Shown here: positions 40,193 through 53,063 of the stretch, piece after piece
How positions within the stretch are numbered: the first letter of the stretch is position 1
Layout: each line of letters opens with the position of its first letter
Assembly: GCA_028534125.1 (NCBI GenBank)
Contig: CM052816.1
Coordinates: forward strand, 59,956,001 to 60,020,000
DNA from: Lama glama
Taxonomy: Eukaryota
DNA length: 64,000 bases
Direction of reading: 5' to 3'
Made by a program: the position numbers and the translations under genes
The notes under the pieces: generated by a model
Seen by the model: only the letters and a program-made list of their open reading frames with translations
The model's database searches: none
What the model was told of the DNA's origin: nothing

Positions 40193-42823
40193 TACCTTTA
40201 TCTTCCTGTAGCTCCTTAGGCTCTGCCCTCTTCCATGTATTGACTCCATACTCAGACTCTATGCCAACCTCAGATCAAGAAGTAGATATTCCAGGTATTA
40301 TACCCAAGTATGACAGTATTTCCAGGCAGAAAGAAAGCCATTATTTTCATTTTATCTTTGGTAAGAACAAGGAAGCTTTTCCTAGAGGTCCACAGAATGC
40401 TGTTATTCATGTAGCATTGACCTAAAACATACCACAAACCAACACCTGAATCAATCACTGGCAAGCCAATCAGAACTGCCATGATTGAATTAGACCAATC
40501 AGAATTCAGTCTCTAGGACTGGAGATGGGTCAGCATACGGCTCTGGGGAAGAGGATGGATGTCTAAACCAAGTCTGGACTCAGGACAGAGGATGGCAAGG
40601 AGAATGAATGCTAGCTATTACTAAGGGGAAGAGTTACAGGAAAAGTAAAGGAACTGAACTTGACCCAAATACTCATAGAGGAAAATACAAGAAAGATACA
40701 GGAGGGCATGAAGAAGATTCCAGAGACAAACTAGTGAGGGAACACAGTCCACCCATTTTTGAGTTGTCTACAACTAGCTTTGCCAATATCCAAATAATGA
40801 ATGCCTTATTGTTCACAAGTCTGTACCATAAAAAATGTAAGTTATAAACTCCCTTGAAGAATGGCAAGAAAAGAGCCAAGGATGCAGTTCTCCTGGGGAA
40901 AACTCTGGAGTAATTCTCTGACCATTTGTGCTTAATATCTGCATGATACGTATGTAACGCAAGTCATCAATGCAGAGCCAAATGACTTCTAAAAACTATT
41001 GTTAGAAAAGGGTTCATAGGGTATCCTTTCCAACCAACACTACTCAATAAATACTTGTTACATATAATACATTAAAGTATGAAATTATAATAGCATTAAC
41101 AATTAAGATGCATAGCTCATGTTTTTACCTCCACAGGAAGGCTTTCATCATTTCAATATGGGAAAATAGTTTTTAAGCATTTCCTATATATACTCCTCTC
41201 TGATACACGAGAGTACATGGCAAGTGGTTTAAGTGAAGGGAAATAGGTACAGACTGTGGTATATTCTTTCAGCTGAAAATTTTTATGAGTTCTAACTTTC
41301 AATAACATGTATATCTGATATCACTCACTTAGCACTTAAACCTACATTGTTATACCTTATTAATGGTTTCACTAAATTACAAGTTTCTTTACAGATCGTA
41401 TACCAATCCCGTTCCCCACCCAAGGTAGGTATTTTGTTTTCTTCCTGATAAACCTTCCCCATAATAGCTGTTGCAGCATAAAATGAATAAAGAACTTCAT
41501 CTTTTTAGCAATCCAGTTTTTAAATAGTTTGTGTTCAAAAATTTTATTTATAAACTTGAACTTGAAAGTCGAGTCAATTTTTTCCCCTTAAAAGAAATGT
41601 GAAAGATAGTAGTTAGGTCTCTAGAGCAGTCCATGAAAGATTCTTTAACAAATAATGCAGCTAATATAGTTCACCTCTGTAATGAAAAGCAGCAGAAAAT
41701 CATACTAATAGAAGGCTGCAATGACTGCTTTAGAAGTTCATAATTTCAAATCACACACAGTGCCCTTGAAAAGTAAAAGTACTCTCAGTAGTCATCAAGG
41801 CAAGGAATGCCTCCACAATTAAAAACACTGCACCCAGAGAACACAGACCCCAGCCCAAAATGCCACCCCATTTCACAATCAAAAAATTCTTTTGTGTGTG
41901 TGTGCCAGCACATGCTGAAAAATTACACCAGCACACTAGTAGTTTTCACCCAAAGAACAGTGATACAATGATAACAGTTCAAATAAATAAAATTTGCATT
42001 TTGTTTGACTCATTTGCCATGAAAAATTTTACACGTCAGTTGCATGGGAGAAAGAGAAAGATGGCATGGTATGGGGGGTGGGGAGTGGAGCAAGATGAGG
42101 AACACTGTATAATTTATCAATTAATGAGGATAATATTTTCCAAAGTATGGGTACACCACTTAAAATACGTCAAATATAAGTACTTGAGTTTAAAATGGTC
42201 TCATTTCTAAAATCTTTTGTTAGAGAGTCTCTTAAACTTAGGATCAAGCCCCATAAATCATCCAACCAATTTTTCTCTTCTCTTTGCATAGACAGTTCTT
42301 ACAGATACAGAAACAGTTTTAATAGTCCACCCTGCGCCTCTGTTTAGCAACACAAAACTAATTCTTAGAGTAAAATTCAAGTCATCATCCTTGCTTGCTC
42401 CCTGCAGCTTGTTTTATAATTAGCATAATTAGTCAAAGGTGGCTAAATGGGGAAATCAGATCATTTGCTTCCCAAGAACATACCCTGGGATGCCTTGCCA
42501 GTGTTCTGTCACCAATGGAGAGAGCAGAAGTTGTGTAAACCTTGCTCTTCAGTTGGATTTAAAGCAGAGAGTTCATTCCCAATATCCAAATTACTCATTC
42601 TTTAAGCCTAGCTCAGGGTTGATTCCTTATTCACCAATATGTTTAATTACAGCAGACAAAATGTAAGTACAAATTTTTCATAGTCAACTTGCTAGACTCT
42701 GAATATGAACAAATTAAAAATGAGCATGATAGATTTATGAAGAGATTGAGATCATTTTATTAAGCTAGATCCATAGCTAAGTTTTAGACAGATTATTCTC
42801 TATTCAGTTAAAACCATAACACA

Positions 42824-42920
42824 GGATGGGGAGTGAGGGTATAGCTCAGTGGCAGAGTATGTGTTTAGCATGCGTGAGATCCTGGGTTCAATCCCCAGAT
42901 CTTCCATTAAAAAAAAAAAG
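42824..42920 (+). mobile_element. Camelid-type tRNA-derived SINE (short form)
   Basis: gagggtatagctcagtggcagag...cctgggttcaatccccag plus A-tail; degenerate TSD aaaaccataacaca / aagactataataca. Confidence 0.92.
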
Positions 42921-43830
42921 AAGACTATAATACACAAAACCTTCAGGAAGTAAGAATAATTTTCTTTAACTTCAGGTAATATACACTGATGCCCTGTAAA
43001 AGATAAAGTATTAGTCTTACAATCCTTCCTACTTAATCTTCTTTCACATCTTTTTTGTCATATTATTTTTCTATGCTCAATACTTATTTAGATTCAGTTC
43101 AGTTCTACAATCAAAATTCTCACAGAGGTTTCAAGTTCTAAACTTTAAGAGCTTCTAAAAGTAACATCCATACTTTTACAGCAGCTTTTCCTTTTGTTCT
43201 GTATTTTGATTCCCCTCTTGCTTGGGCTGGGTTTCACAGGATAGTAGATTACGCAGGAAGAAAGAACTCTTATCTCCCTGAATTATTTCATGTTAAAGAT
43301 GTTAGTCTGTTGCCTTTACACCTGAAAGACAATGTGGCCTGGTACACAACTTTTAGCTCCTATTTTCTTTAAACTTTCTAGATAATATTCAATTGTCTTA
43401 TATTATTGTTACTATGGTAAAGTATTAGGGGTTAGGGTACTAAGAAAATATGAATATGTCTTACAATTTAAAAGCATTTAAAACAGAAGATTAATACCCC
43501 AGATGTAGCAAAGAGTCAACAAAAGGATTTATTTATTAAGTAAAAGACACCAGAAGAAAGATAAGCAGTATTTCTTTTGACAGCCTGTCTGCACCAAGTT
43601 GTTCTTTCAGTTGTATAAAAATATTTATTATATATTAACTGCCAAATATGTTGCATATACACTGCAGGTGATAGGAATCTGGCAATTCCGAAGTTATTTT
43701 CTTACCTGTGAAATGAGGATATAACAGTATCTACAACGTAATTATTATTAAATGAGATAAAGCACAAACCAGTTAGCAAAGTGACTAACACAATGGGTCG
43801 GTAAAAATTATATGTATGAATACATGTGTG

Positions 43831-44001
43831 CAGTGGTCTAGGGGGAAATGTTTAACAACCAGCTGGGGAGAGGGCCCCTGATTTGTAACGTTTACTCATT
43901 TCTATGGTGTAAATACTCTCACCATGGCTGATTTGAAGCTACAGATGTGATTTCACTAACCAGGGAGCTTGGAAGAGATGGGCACAATCAGAGCACCACT
44001 G
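43831..44001. mobile_element. MER63-like hAT-Blackjack MITE
   Basis: TIRs cagtggt...accactg; internal aaatgtttaacaacc and ggtgtaaatactctcaccatggctgatt. Confidence 0.85.
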
Positions 44002-44374
44002 TGTTTTGTGGACATCAGGAAAAGAGAAAGCAAAAACCAGAAGGAGTGAGAGAAAAACAAGTCAGGGCCTCAGGTTTCCTAGACAGTGTGATATGAAAGA
44101 GATAACCTCTCAAATAAATATGGGGTAAGTCCTATGAGCTAAATTAGAAAAATAAAGGAATTAATGGGAGATTATAAGAGGGAGACCCGGTTAAAGAAAA
44201 TTTCTGAAGAGGTGACTTTTAGGCTGATTACTAAAGAATGAGTAGGTATTGCCAGGCAAAGTTGGGGGAAGATGCTCTAGGAAATGGAATCCAAAGCCTG
44301 TGAGATGGAGAAAGCATGTTTCGAGAACTAATGAAGGCATTTTTCTCTGATACTCACTGAGGGAATCTGGCTGA

Positions 44375-45715
44375 GACTCTGGAGCCACAGGGGTGAATGC
44401 TGACAACCAGGGCCTTTTCAGCTGCTTATGGGCCCAGACCTGGCCTTAACGCCTGTCACTGGCCTGCCCTGCTGGACTTAACTGCAGATAGCTCCTCTAG
44501 CTGTGCACTTGCACCTCGCTGGCCCAGCTCTCGTCACCAGCCTTCACTGCTATGCAAACCCCCGTGGTTAGGTCCTACAGCCACAGGAGTGCACACTGAC
44601 AACGAGGGCCCCTGTAGCTGCTAGTGCACCTGCTGTTGGCCCTGGCCCTTGCCTCTGGCCCCAGCCCCTGCCAGCATACATATGTCAGCAACTGGCCCCT
44701 GCCACCTCACAGGCACCCACTTTCCCTCTGAGATCAGGAACAACAGAAGAGTGCCCAATCTCATCATTCCTTTTCAACATAGTACTGGAAGTCCTAGCCA
44801 GAGAAATAAGAAAAAGAAATAAAAGGCATCCAAATTGGAAAACAAGTAAACTTACGTCTATTTGCTGATGACAAGATCTTATCTACAGAAAATTATAAAG
44901 ATCCACCAAAAAATGTTACAACTAATAAACAAATTCAGTGAAGTTTTCAGGGGGTGGGAAGAGATAGACTGGGATTTCAAAATTGTAGAATAGATAAACA
45001 AGATTATACTGTACAGCACAGGGAAATATATACAAGATCTTATGGTGGCTCACAGAGAAAGGAATGTGACAATGAATATATATATGTTCATGTATAATTG
45101 AAAAATTGTGCTCTACACTGGAATTTGACACAACACTGTAAAATGATTATAAATCAATAAAAAATGTTAAAAAAATTCAGTGAAGTTTCAGGATACTAAA
45201 TCAATATGCAAAAATTAGTTCTATTTCTATATACTAACAATGAACTATCTGAACAAGAAATTTAAAAACCAGTACTTTTTACAATAGCATCAAAAACAAC
45301 AAAGTAATTAGGAACAAATGTGACCAAGAAAATGAATGATATACACAACAAAAGCTACAAGAGGTTGATGAAAGAAACTAAAGAAGACACAAATAAATGG
45401 AAAGATATTCAGTGTTAATGGATAGGGGTTGCTATCGTTAAAATGTCCACACTACCCATAACCATCTATAGATTCAATGCAATCTCTATCAAAATTCCAA
45501 TGCTGTTCTTCATAGAAATATAAAAAACAATCCTAAAATTCATATGGAATCACAAAAGACCCCAAATAGCCAAGGCAATCTTAAGAAAGAACAACAAAGC
45601 TGGAGGTATCACATTTCCTGTCTCAAACTGTATTACAAAGCCCTATGTGACACTGGCATAAAAGCAGACACATAGATCAATGGGACAGAATTGAGAGTCC
45701 AGAAGTAAACCCATT
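44375..45715 (+). mobile_element. Old L1: GC-rich 5'-like segment (44375-44720) fused to an ORF2 RT-region fragment (44720-45715)
   Basis: Degenerate ORF2 motifs [38 protein letters not shown]; assignment of the GC-rich part is less certain. Confidence 0.8.
44947..45172 (+). mobile_element. Young, very short L1 3'UTR nested in the older L1
   Basis: Perfect 16-bp TSD aaattcagtgaagttt (44931-44946 / 45173-45188); 3'UTR motif tactgtacagcacagggaaatatatacaagatc. Confidence 0.92.
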
Positions 45716-45849
45716 TGGCAGACTGAATTATTTCTTCTTGAGTTTAAATATTAGCTTAAAATAGATATAAGTCTATTTATTCTCTTTACAGCTGAACATA
45801 CAATTGTAAATTTAAAACCTTTAAGTAACTAGGAAGATAAGACAAAAGA

Positions 45850-45886
45850 TTTTCTTACTCAATTTAATTTTTCTTACTCAATTTAA
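45850..45886. repeat. Tandem duplication, 19-bp period
   Basis: ttttcttactcaatttaa at 45850-45867 and 45869-45886. Confidence 0.9.
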
Positions 45887-46028
45887 ATAAATATTTTTCA
45901 AATAAAATGTGTATTAGCAGCCGAAGTGATGGATTTTTTTTTCACATTGTGTAGTACACGTAGAACCTGCTTATACTACCAATATCATGGAAATTTGGAG
46001 GTGAGAAACTTAGAAGTTGAAAAAAACA

Positions 46029-46058
46029 GTGCTCACTTCGGCAGCACATGTACTAAAA
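46029..46058 (+). pseudogene. RNU6: 3'-truncated U6 snRNA retropseudogene (U6 nt 1-30)
   Basis: GTGCTCACTTCGGCAGCACATGTACTAAAA vs U6 GTGCTCGCTTCGGCAGCACATATACTAAAA (2 mismatches); 16-bp TSD agaagttgaaaaaaac. Confidence 0.93.
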
Positions 46059-46319
46059 GAAGTTGAAAAAAACCTTAGGGACCCTCTTATTCAACTAATA
46101 ATCACAGAAAATGAGCATACCTGCATAATATTTTTTAATGAAGTCTGCACAATACTGAATTTCAAATTTATAACCAGATACATATAATAAAGCACCAAAA
46201 ATGACCTTTTGTCCTTTTAGAAAAAAAGCAGAATTTGAATGCTGCCTTGTGGAAATTTCTCTCCTGGGAATACAAGGGTTCTAAGGTATAGTTCCATTCT
46301 TAACGTACATATTAACTAG

Positions 46320-46860
46320 ATGCGAAAAGAGAAAAGAGAAGGGAGTGGGGGGCAAAATGGGAGATCAGTCAAGCAATCCTTGCTGTAATCCAGGCATGAG
46401 GAGAATAGGGTCAAGGCCAGGGGTGCTGGTGGTGGGAAATAAAAATGAGAAGAGAAGGAAGTAGAATGGAAGAGCCAAAGAGACAGCCCCGAATGACTGC
46501 CATGCATGTTAGGGATGGGAGAGAAAGGAAAACACAAAGGCAGACTGAAGTTGTCAGTTGCAGTGAGAACAGGGCCTCACTGAAAGAAATATGGAAACCT
46601 CAAGCAGAAATTAAGAGGAAAAAAGCAGAGCTTGATTTAAGACATACTGGTTGAAGTAAGTGTAGGACCACCAGGTTATCAGGAAGAGAGAGGAATGGAA
46701 TTGCAGCTCAGGAGAGAAGTCAAGCACAGGGAAGTAGATTTCTAAGTCATCTAAATCAATGTGATGGTCACATCAGAAATGAATCAGTTGTGTAAGGGCA
46801 GGAATGAAGAGGAAGAGCAGAGGTTTCTTACCAATGCTTCTGGGGAAACCCATTACTTTA
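46320..46860 (-). mobile_element. L2 fragment
   Basis: gggagatcagtcaagcaatccttgctgtaatccaggcatgag...gcagctcaggagagaagtcaag. Confidence 0.75.
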
Positions 46861-47023
46861 ATTGGCGGCAAATGGAAGTCAACTGGGCATAGGGACCTAT
46901 GTCAAAGGAGTATAAATTCATTTATTCTTTTCAACACAGATGAAAATGCTTAAATCTCATAATGCTATACTTAAAAGTAGCTGCAAACAGATTCTACTAG
47001 TAGAACTTTAAAAATGAAGCAGA

Positions 47024-47707
47024 GCAGCCCTCATGGAAACAGTATGGAGATTCCTCAAAACACTAAACATAGACTTACCATATGATTCAGCAAACCCACT
47101 CCTGGGTATACGTGCACCCCAATGTTCATAGCAGCACTACGTACAATAGCCAACACATGGAAGCAATCTAAATGTCCACTGACAGATGACTGGATAAAGA
47201 AGTTGTAGTATATTTATACAACATAATACTACTCAGCCATAAAAAAGAATAAAATAAGGTCATTTGCAGCAACACGGATGGACTTGGAGACCATCATTCT
47301 AAGTGAAGTACGCCAGAAAGAGAAAGAAAAATATCATATGATATCACTCATACGTGGAATCTAAAAAAAAAAAGAAAGAAAGAAAAAAGAGGACACTAAT
47401 GAACTCATCTACAAAACAGAAACAGACTCCCAGACAGAGTAAACAATTTTATGGTTACCTGGGGAAAGGAGGTGGGAAGGAATAAAATTAAGAGTTTGAG
47501 ATTTGCAAAGATTAACTGCTATATATAAAAATAGATGAAAGACAAATTTCTTCTGTATAGCACAGGGAACTATAGTCAGTATCTTGTAATAACCTTTAAT
47601 GAAAAAGAATATGAAAACAAATATATGTATGTATATTTATGACTGGGACATTATGCTATACACCAGAAATTGATACATTGTAACTGTCTATACTTCAATT
47701 AGAAAAA
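47024..47707 (+). mobile_element. 5'-truncated L1 3' end
   Basis: catggaaacagtatggagattcctcaaaa...gcacagggaactatagtcagtatc; degenerate TSD aaaaatgaagcaga / aaagatgaaggaga. Confidence 0.93.
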
Positions 47708-48909
47708 AAAGATGAAGGAGAAAAAAAAATGAAAATAAATGAGACACAAGGAACTAACTGCAAAATAAAATTTGAAAGTAATACCAGCAAACAAAAAAGT
47801 AATTTTCACAAAAACTTTAAAGTTTTGAAATAAGTAGGGAAAAGAGGGATTTTTTTTTATAAAGAGTTCTCAGTGTCTTTTGTTTTCTATTATCCAGAAT
47901 ACAGTTTGTTGAAAACGGATATGAGACTCTCTATGCTGACTATTTTCTCTTTCTGGAAATATTACTTTTTTCCATTTAAGAAATTCTAAAATTAATTTTA
48001 TATTTTAAAAGGTTTACTAAGTAGTGTGGTCTGGGGGATGTGCGTGTGTGTGTGTGAAGTGCTTTAACCCCTTGAGACTGTTACGTCAGCCACAGTAAAG
48101 ACTGAGCATCATTCACGGGGTAATTTCCCACATAGCTCATGGTGGGAGAAGCAGTAAGGGTGAAAGCCACAGTCCTCCTCTCACCACCTTCCCTAACCTA
48201 AATTAGGTTTACTTTGTCCTCAAGACATTCTTTATCTATAATTAAGAGAACTAGAATTGAATGAATATATCTTTCAGGAGTAACGAGTCCTTTTATCTTT
48301 TACAAAGTGAAGACAGAAAATCTATTCATTGTTAACACTTCTTCTCATTTCAAAAACCCAAAAACTCGATAGAGCAAAATAAGCGTAGAATGTTTATGAA
48401 AATGGGATAGAAAAGAAGTAGAATGAGTAAATAATTTAAATATAGTTGGCAGTCTTGTATTACTCCTTCAAGGAGGTAGGAGATATGCTCACAAATGCCA
48501 AGTAGAGTTTACAGGCTATTTCTCTCTCACATCATCTTTCCAAATGCAAAAAAGTTCAAGTGCCCTATCCAACAGATATGCCAGGGCCTTGTCAAGTAGG
48601 CAAGTCCAAGGAGCTGGGAGAAAGAAGCCTTGGGGGAAACTTCAACTGTTTGGAAGAAAAAAGGGCAGATTGAAAAAAGAATTATTCCTAGGTGGTTGAC
48701 ATTTTTAGTGTTTTCTGGCTAAGCCATGGCGCCCTCAGCTCCCCTCTCCAGTAACATCCTGCACTGACTGTCTGCCACTGCTGGAAATTACAGATATGCA
48801 GCCTCACGAGTACTCTGTCATACCCCTTGCTGGTCATTCATCCTGGATAATTCACATTCACATGATATCACCCCTTCAAAGTAGCCCTCTCTGTGACCCC
48901 ATTGAAAAT

Positions 48910-49390
48910 TGTGGCATAGTTATACAATGGAATACTTCTCAGCCATAAAAAAAATAATGCCATTTGCTGCAACAGAGGTAGACCTGGAGATCATCATACT
49001 AAGTGAAGTAAGCCAGAAAGAGAAAGAAAAATACCATATAATATCACTTATAAGTGGAATCTTTAAAAAAGACAAAGAAACTTATTTACAAAACAGAAGC
49101 AGACACACAGACATAGAAAACAAACTTATGGTTACAGAGGTGGGGGGTGGGAAGGGATAAGTTGGGAGTCTGAGATCTGCAGATACTAACTGCCATATAT
49201 AAAACAGATAAATAACAAGTTTACACTGTATAGCACAGGGAACTATATTCAATATCTTGTAGTAACCTACAGTGAAAAAAGAATATGAAAATGAATAAAT
49301 GTATGTTTATGTATGACTACACTATTGTGCTGTAAACCAGAAATTGACACAATATTGTAAACTGATACTTCCATTTAAAAAAAAGAAAAG
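48910..49390 (+). mobile_element. 5'-truncated L1 3'UTR inserted in an L2
   Basis: tacaatggaatacttctcagccataaaa...tgtatagcacagggaactatattcaatatc, followed by an A-tail. Confidence 0.92.
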
Positions 49391-49394
49391 AATT

Positions 49395-49545
49395 TAATCT
49401 CTCCTCTTTGTGGGTGTCTGACTAGAATGTGAGTTCTGCGAGTTTAGGTATTTTTGTCTGCGTTGTTTACTGCCATAACCCCCAAACCTACAACCACACC
49501 TGCCATATAGAGGCACTAGGAGATATTCATTAAATGGATGTATGC
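49395..49545 (+). mobile_element. L2 3' end
   Basis: actagaatgtgagttc...tgtttactgcc...cctgccatatagaggcact...attcattaaatggatg. Confidence 0.75.
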
Positions 49546-50169
49546 TCATTTTTATTTAGAGCCAGCAGAACAGCTGGCTTATTTTAGATAACTAGACATG
49601 TACATTTAGTTGACGGTCATAAATGAATGTTACATGAGCTGAAGAGAGCCACAGTCTTCTTTTTTCTTACCAACGACTGCTTGTTAGTTTGAAGATATAT
49701 GTTTTGTTGCTAAGTTACTAACTGTCAGACACTTATACAATGAAGTCAGGACTCAAAATGTATAATAAAAGTGTGGATATTTGGGGAGGGTTTTGGACAA
49801 AGTGATTTTAGAAAAAAAGTTCAGGAGGCATTTGATTCTAAGTTATCTGCAGAGGAATAAAAAGCCTAATTTACATCTTCCAAATATATCTAATAGAGAC
49901 GTAGTAGCCTCTTGATCAGTGCTTTACAAATTGCTATTTACATCGCTTTACAAATGTAATAAACACAGCCAGGGATGGACTCTGCTCAGTGAGAAGCAAG
50001 GAGTCACCCTCTTTAGATGTAAACATCATCTGCAGTACTGGTGGTGATGGTGAGAATAACAAAAACCACACCCATAACTGGCTGCCACCAATGTTTATGG
50101 AGGACTTCATAAGCACTATTTCATTTCCCCTCTCCCTGACAACTTTGAAGTTGCTCATACTGGTAATAT

Positions 50170-50345
50170 TTAAATGAAGCAATCTGTATCAAGTACTTAC
50201 AACCATATCTCATATCTAGTAAGCAGTGTAAAATTATTAAATGTTATTTAGATGATCATTTTAAAGATGAAGAAATTCAGTTAAGCAGCCAACCCCAAAA
50301 TCACAGAGATGGTAAGTGACAGAACTGGGATCTGAACCTAGAAAT
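50170..50345 (-). mobile_element. MIR SINE
   Basis: cattttaaagatgaagaaa...tcacagagatggtaagtgacagaactgggatctgaacc. Confidence 0.7.
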
Positions 50346-51769
50346 GAATTCTCTCTTCAATACTGAGTCCTTAGCCTCTGGACAACTCTGTCTTCCTTGG
50401 GCTCTGTACCTCCATCCCTGATCTCATTCCTCCATGTTCCAAAACCCTGCACCTATAAATAACTTAAAAGGCTAAGCCCAAATAATATAATAAGTAAATA
50501 CAGTCAATCAAAATTACTTACATCAAAGTAATTTAAATACCTTTGAATTCACTGATTTTATAAGATGAGCATTAATTTGCAAATGCTCATATACTGATAT
50601 TTTTCAAATTCACCGTCACTGGTCACAGACTTGACTGAATCATTGAACAAAATTGTCACCAATTCAATTGGAAAAGCAAAAAATCCATCCCTTCTGCTAT
50701 ACTTTCATTGCATACGGTAAAGGGAGTAGCCTCAACCTAATACTGTGAACACAACTCAGAAAATTCTTTAAACCCAATTTCCATCATAGAAAATTTCTTC
50801 TTATTGGATTTCATAAAATTAAATTTTGTCTTCTACTGGGAAAAAATGGGCTTTTAAATGAAATTAAGTCATGTGCAAACAAAATGCATGCTGTAAAGTC
50901 ACATGAGAAGGATATTTATAAAAAGCTACCTATTTGAATTATGACAAGGGATAAAATATTAGTAACAAGTCCGTACTCCAAGTAATTCATAACATGCCAC
51001 AGACCATGGTTGCACTGCAGCGTCAGAAGATGCAGGCGGTCTGGCCCACTGTCTGCCTAATCTGCTTTGAGAGCAGCAGGAATTTGAATTAAGCAGTATT
51101 TATATCCTTTTCTATTTCCCTTACAGAATCTTCAAATAATAGCACAAAGATATAATAAGTAATTCATTTATTTATACATTTCCTACCAAGTATTTTTCTC
51201 CCTAATCCACTTTAATGAACAGCTCTTCTAGAGAAAAGAAAGCTGACCATCTGGCAGACACAACCCAAATACTTATTTTAGTAGGAGTAATTGAATATGA
51301 GGATGTGATGAGGAGAATGAGATTTTGCTGAACAGAGCTGATCCTAGTCAGCAATTCCTAGCTAATCAGTAGCTAATCCCACTTTGGCTGCATGAAACCT
51401 GAAGCTAGGAAAAACTCTAAGCTTCTTTCAAGCACCCAACAGTCATCTTCTAGAAATAATGACTTCATCTAAGAAGCAACTTATGCTTTTTTCCATACCT
51501 TCCAACCCTTCTGCATTAAGTTCAGTCCAAGTTGAGCCTCCCATCCTGTGATCCCAGCCCTTTCTGCAATGCCCTTGTACCTACCTTACACTTGTCTTCA
51601 AACAGCCTTATCTCCCACTTTCCTACACGTAATACTACTTTCTACCAGGCAAAAATGATTTTTAAGTCTTATTTCTTCAATGAGAGTATAAATTCTTTGA
51701 GAACATAGCCTGCATCTAATTCTCCTAAATGCTTTTAGAACAAATGCGTGCTTGATTGACTTAAATATG

Positions 51770-52006
51770 CAGTTGACCCGTGAACAACAGGGCCTTACAG
51801 ATGCTGACCGTTTGTGCTATTAAAAATCTATATATATAAAACTCATAGCCAGCCCTCTGAACACTCAGTTCCTCTGTATCCATGGCTGCAACCAACCATG
51901 GATTGTGTAGTACAGTAGTATTTATTATCGAAAAAATCTGTGTATAAGTACACCCCCGCAGTTCAAACCCATGTTGTTCCAACCTGTGTTGTTCCAGTGT
52001 CAAGTG
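51770..52006. mobile_element. Tigger2/MER8-like TcMar MITE
   Basis: Imperfect TIRs cagttgacccgtgaacaaca ... tgttgttccagtgtcaagtg, with TA at the right flank. Confidence 0.85.
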
Positions 52007-52099
52007 TAATTGTTTATATGTTTGTATTAATATTTACTCTGTGCTAGCACTTTGCTGCAGAAATTAACTATTTTATTAAGCCATTTCTCTAGTCTGATT

Positions 52100-52228
52100 T
52101 GACATCACCTGGGATCTTGTCAGAACTGCAGCAACAGAGGCTCCATCCCAGACCTACTGAATTAAAATTTGCCTTTTAACAAGATATACAGATGAATTAT
52201 ATGCACATTAAATCTTAAGCAATGACTA
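52100..52228. mobile_element. MER5A hAT-Charlie MITE
   Basis: catcacctgggatcttgtcaga...cccagacctactgaatt...ttttaacaag...tatgcacattaaa. Confidence 0.8.
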
Positions 52229-53063
52229 AGTTTCTAGCTCTTTTTCTTTATATCACTATATTTTGCCTTTTGTTTCATCTGATTGGATTTTTTTAAAGTA
52301 CTATTTGCCTGACGTAATAAGTCAAACAATATAAAATTGCACTGATTTTGTATAAAACGTTAATAAACACCCCCATCCTAGCCATCTATGGTAATCAATG
52401 TTAAAAGCTGACTATGTATCCTACGTATTCGTCTAGGTTCATATACAATTACACAAAAATTACATATGCACATAGGTGGTAAGTTGTGAGTGATGGAACC
52501 AACCATTTTATTTCCAACCAGCTCCAAAACATGGACACTGACACAAAGAGGATGTTAACCCAAATCAGCATTAGCTGCCTACATCTGCCTAAGCCATTTC
52601 TCAGATTCCCTAGGTGTTAATGGGCATTTTCACAGTAATCTGTGCACAACTGCCAACCTGCAAGCAGTAAAACAAAATAAATAAAGTGAATAGACAGAAT
52701 AAATCGTCAGGTTATAAAGGCCTAAGCCTTTGTATATGATATATTTCACACGATGGCATGCACATCATGCGGATAGAACCAAATGTTTATGTAATCATCA
52801 GCACAGTGCGGTATTTTCTTTCTCTGTTTATAGTTGGGCTGCAATGACAGTGATGAAAATTACATGGCTTGATGTAGAGGACAAAGGACACTGCAAACAC
52901 AATTTGCCCCTAAAGTCAAATGGCAATGTTACAAAGCCAGAAAATGGCTCTGTTATATATTCACAAGTTTTCTCTAAGCAAACAACACACATTGCTTGAG
53001 CATTTATAGGGCAGATTATATATAAGTAAAAAGGAATAACGATTTTGCATGAAATAAACTTAC

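Larger units (their letters stand above)
39055..40625. mobile_element. Old MaLR LTR (MLT1J/K/L-like), split by MER21 and MER58 insertions
   Basis: cttttggctacaagtaacaaaaag at ~39075 and aacacctgaatcaatcactggcaag...gattgaattagaccaatcag at ~40440. Confidence 0.6.

Noticed and set aside
42830..42905. tRNA gene
   Set aside because: A/B boxes are present, but it has an A-tail, a TSD and two related copies in the window, so it is a SINE.
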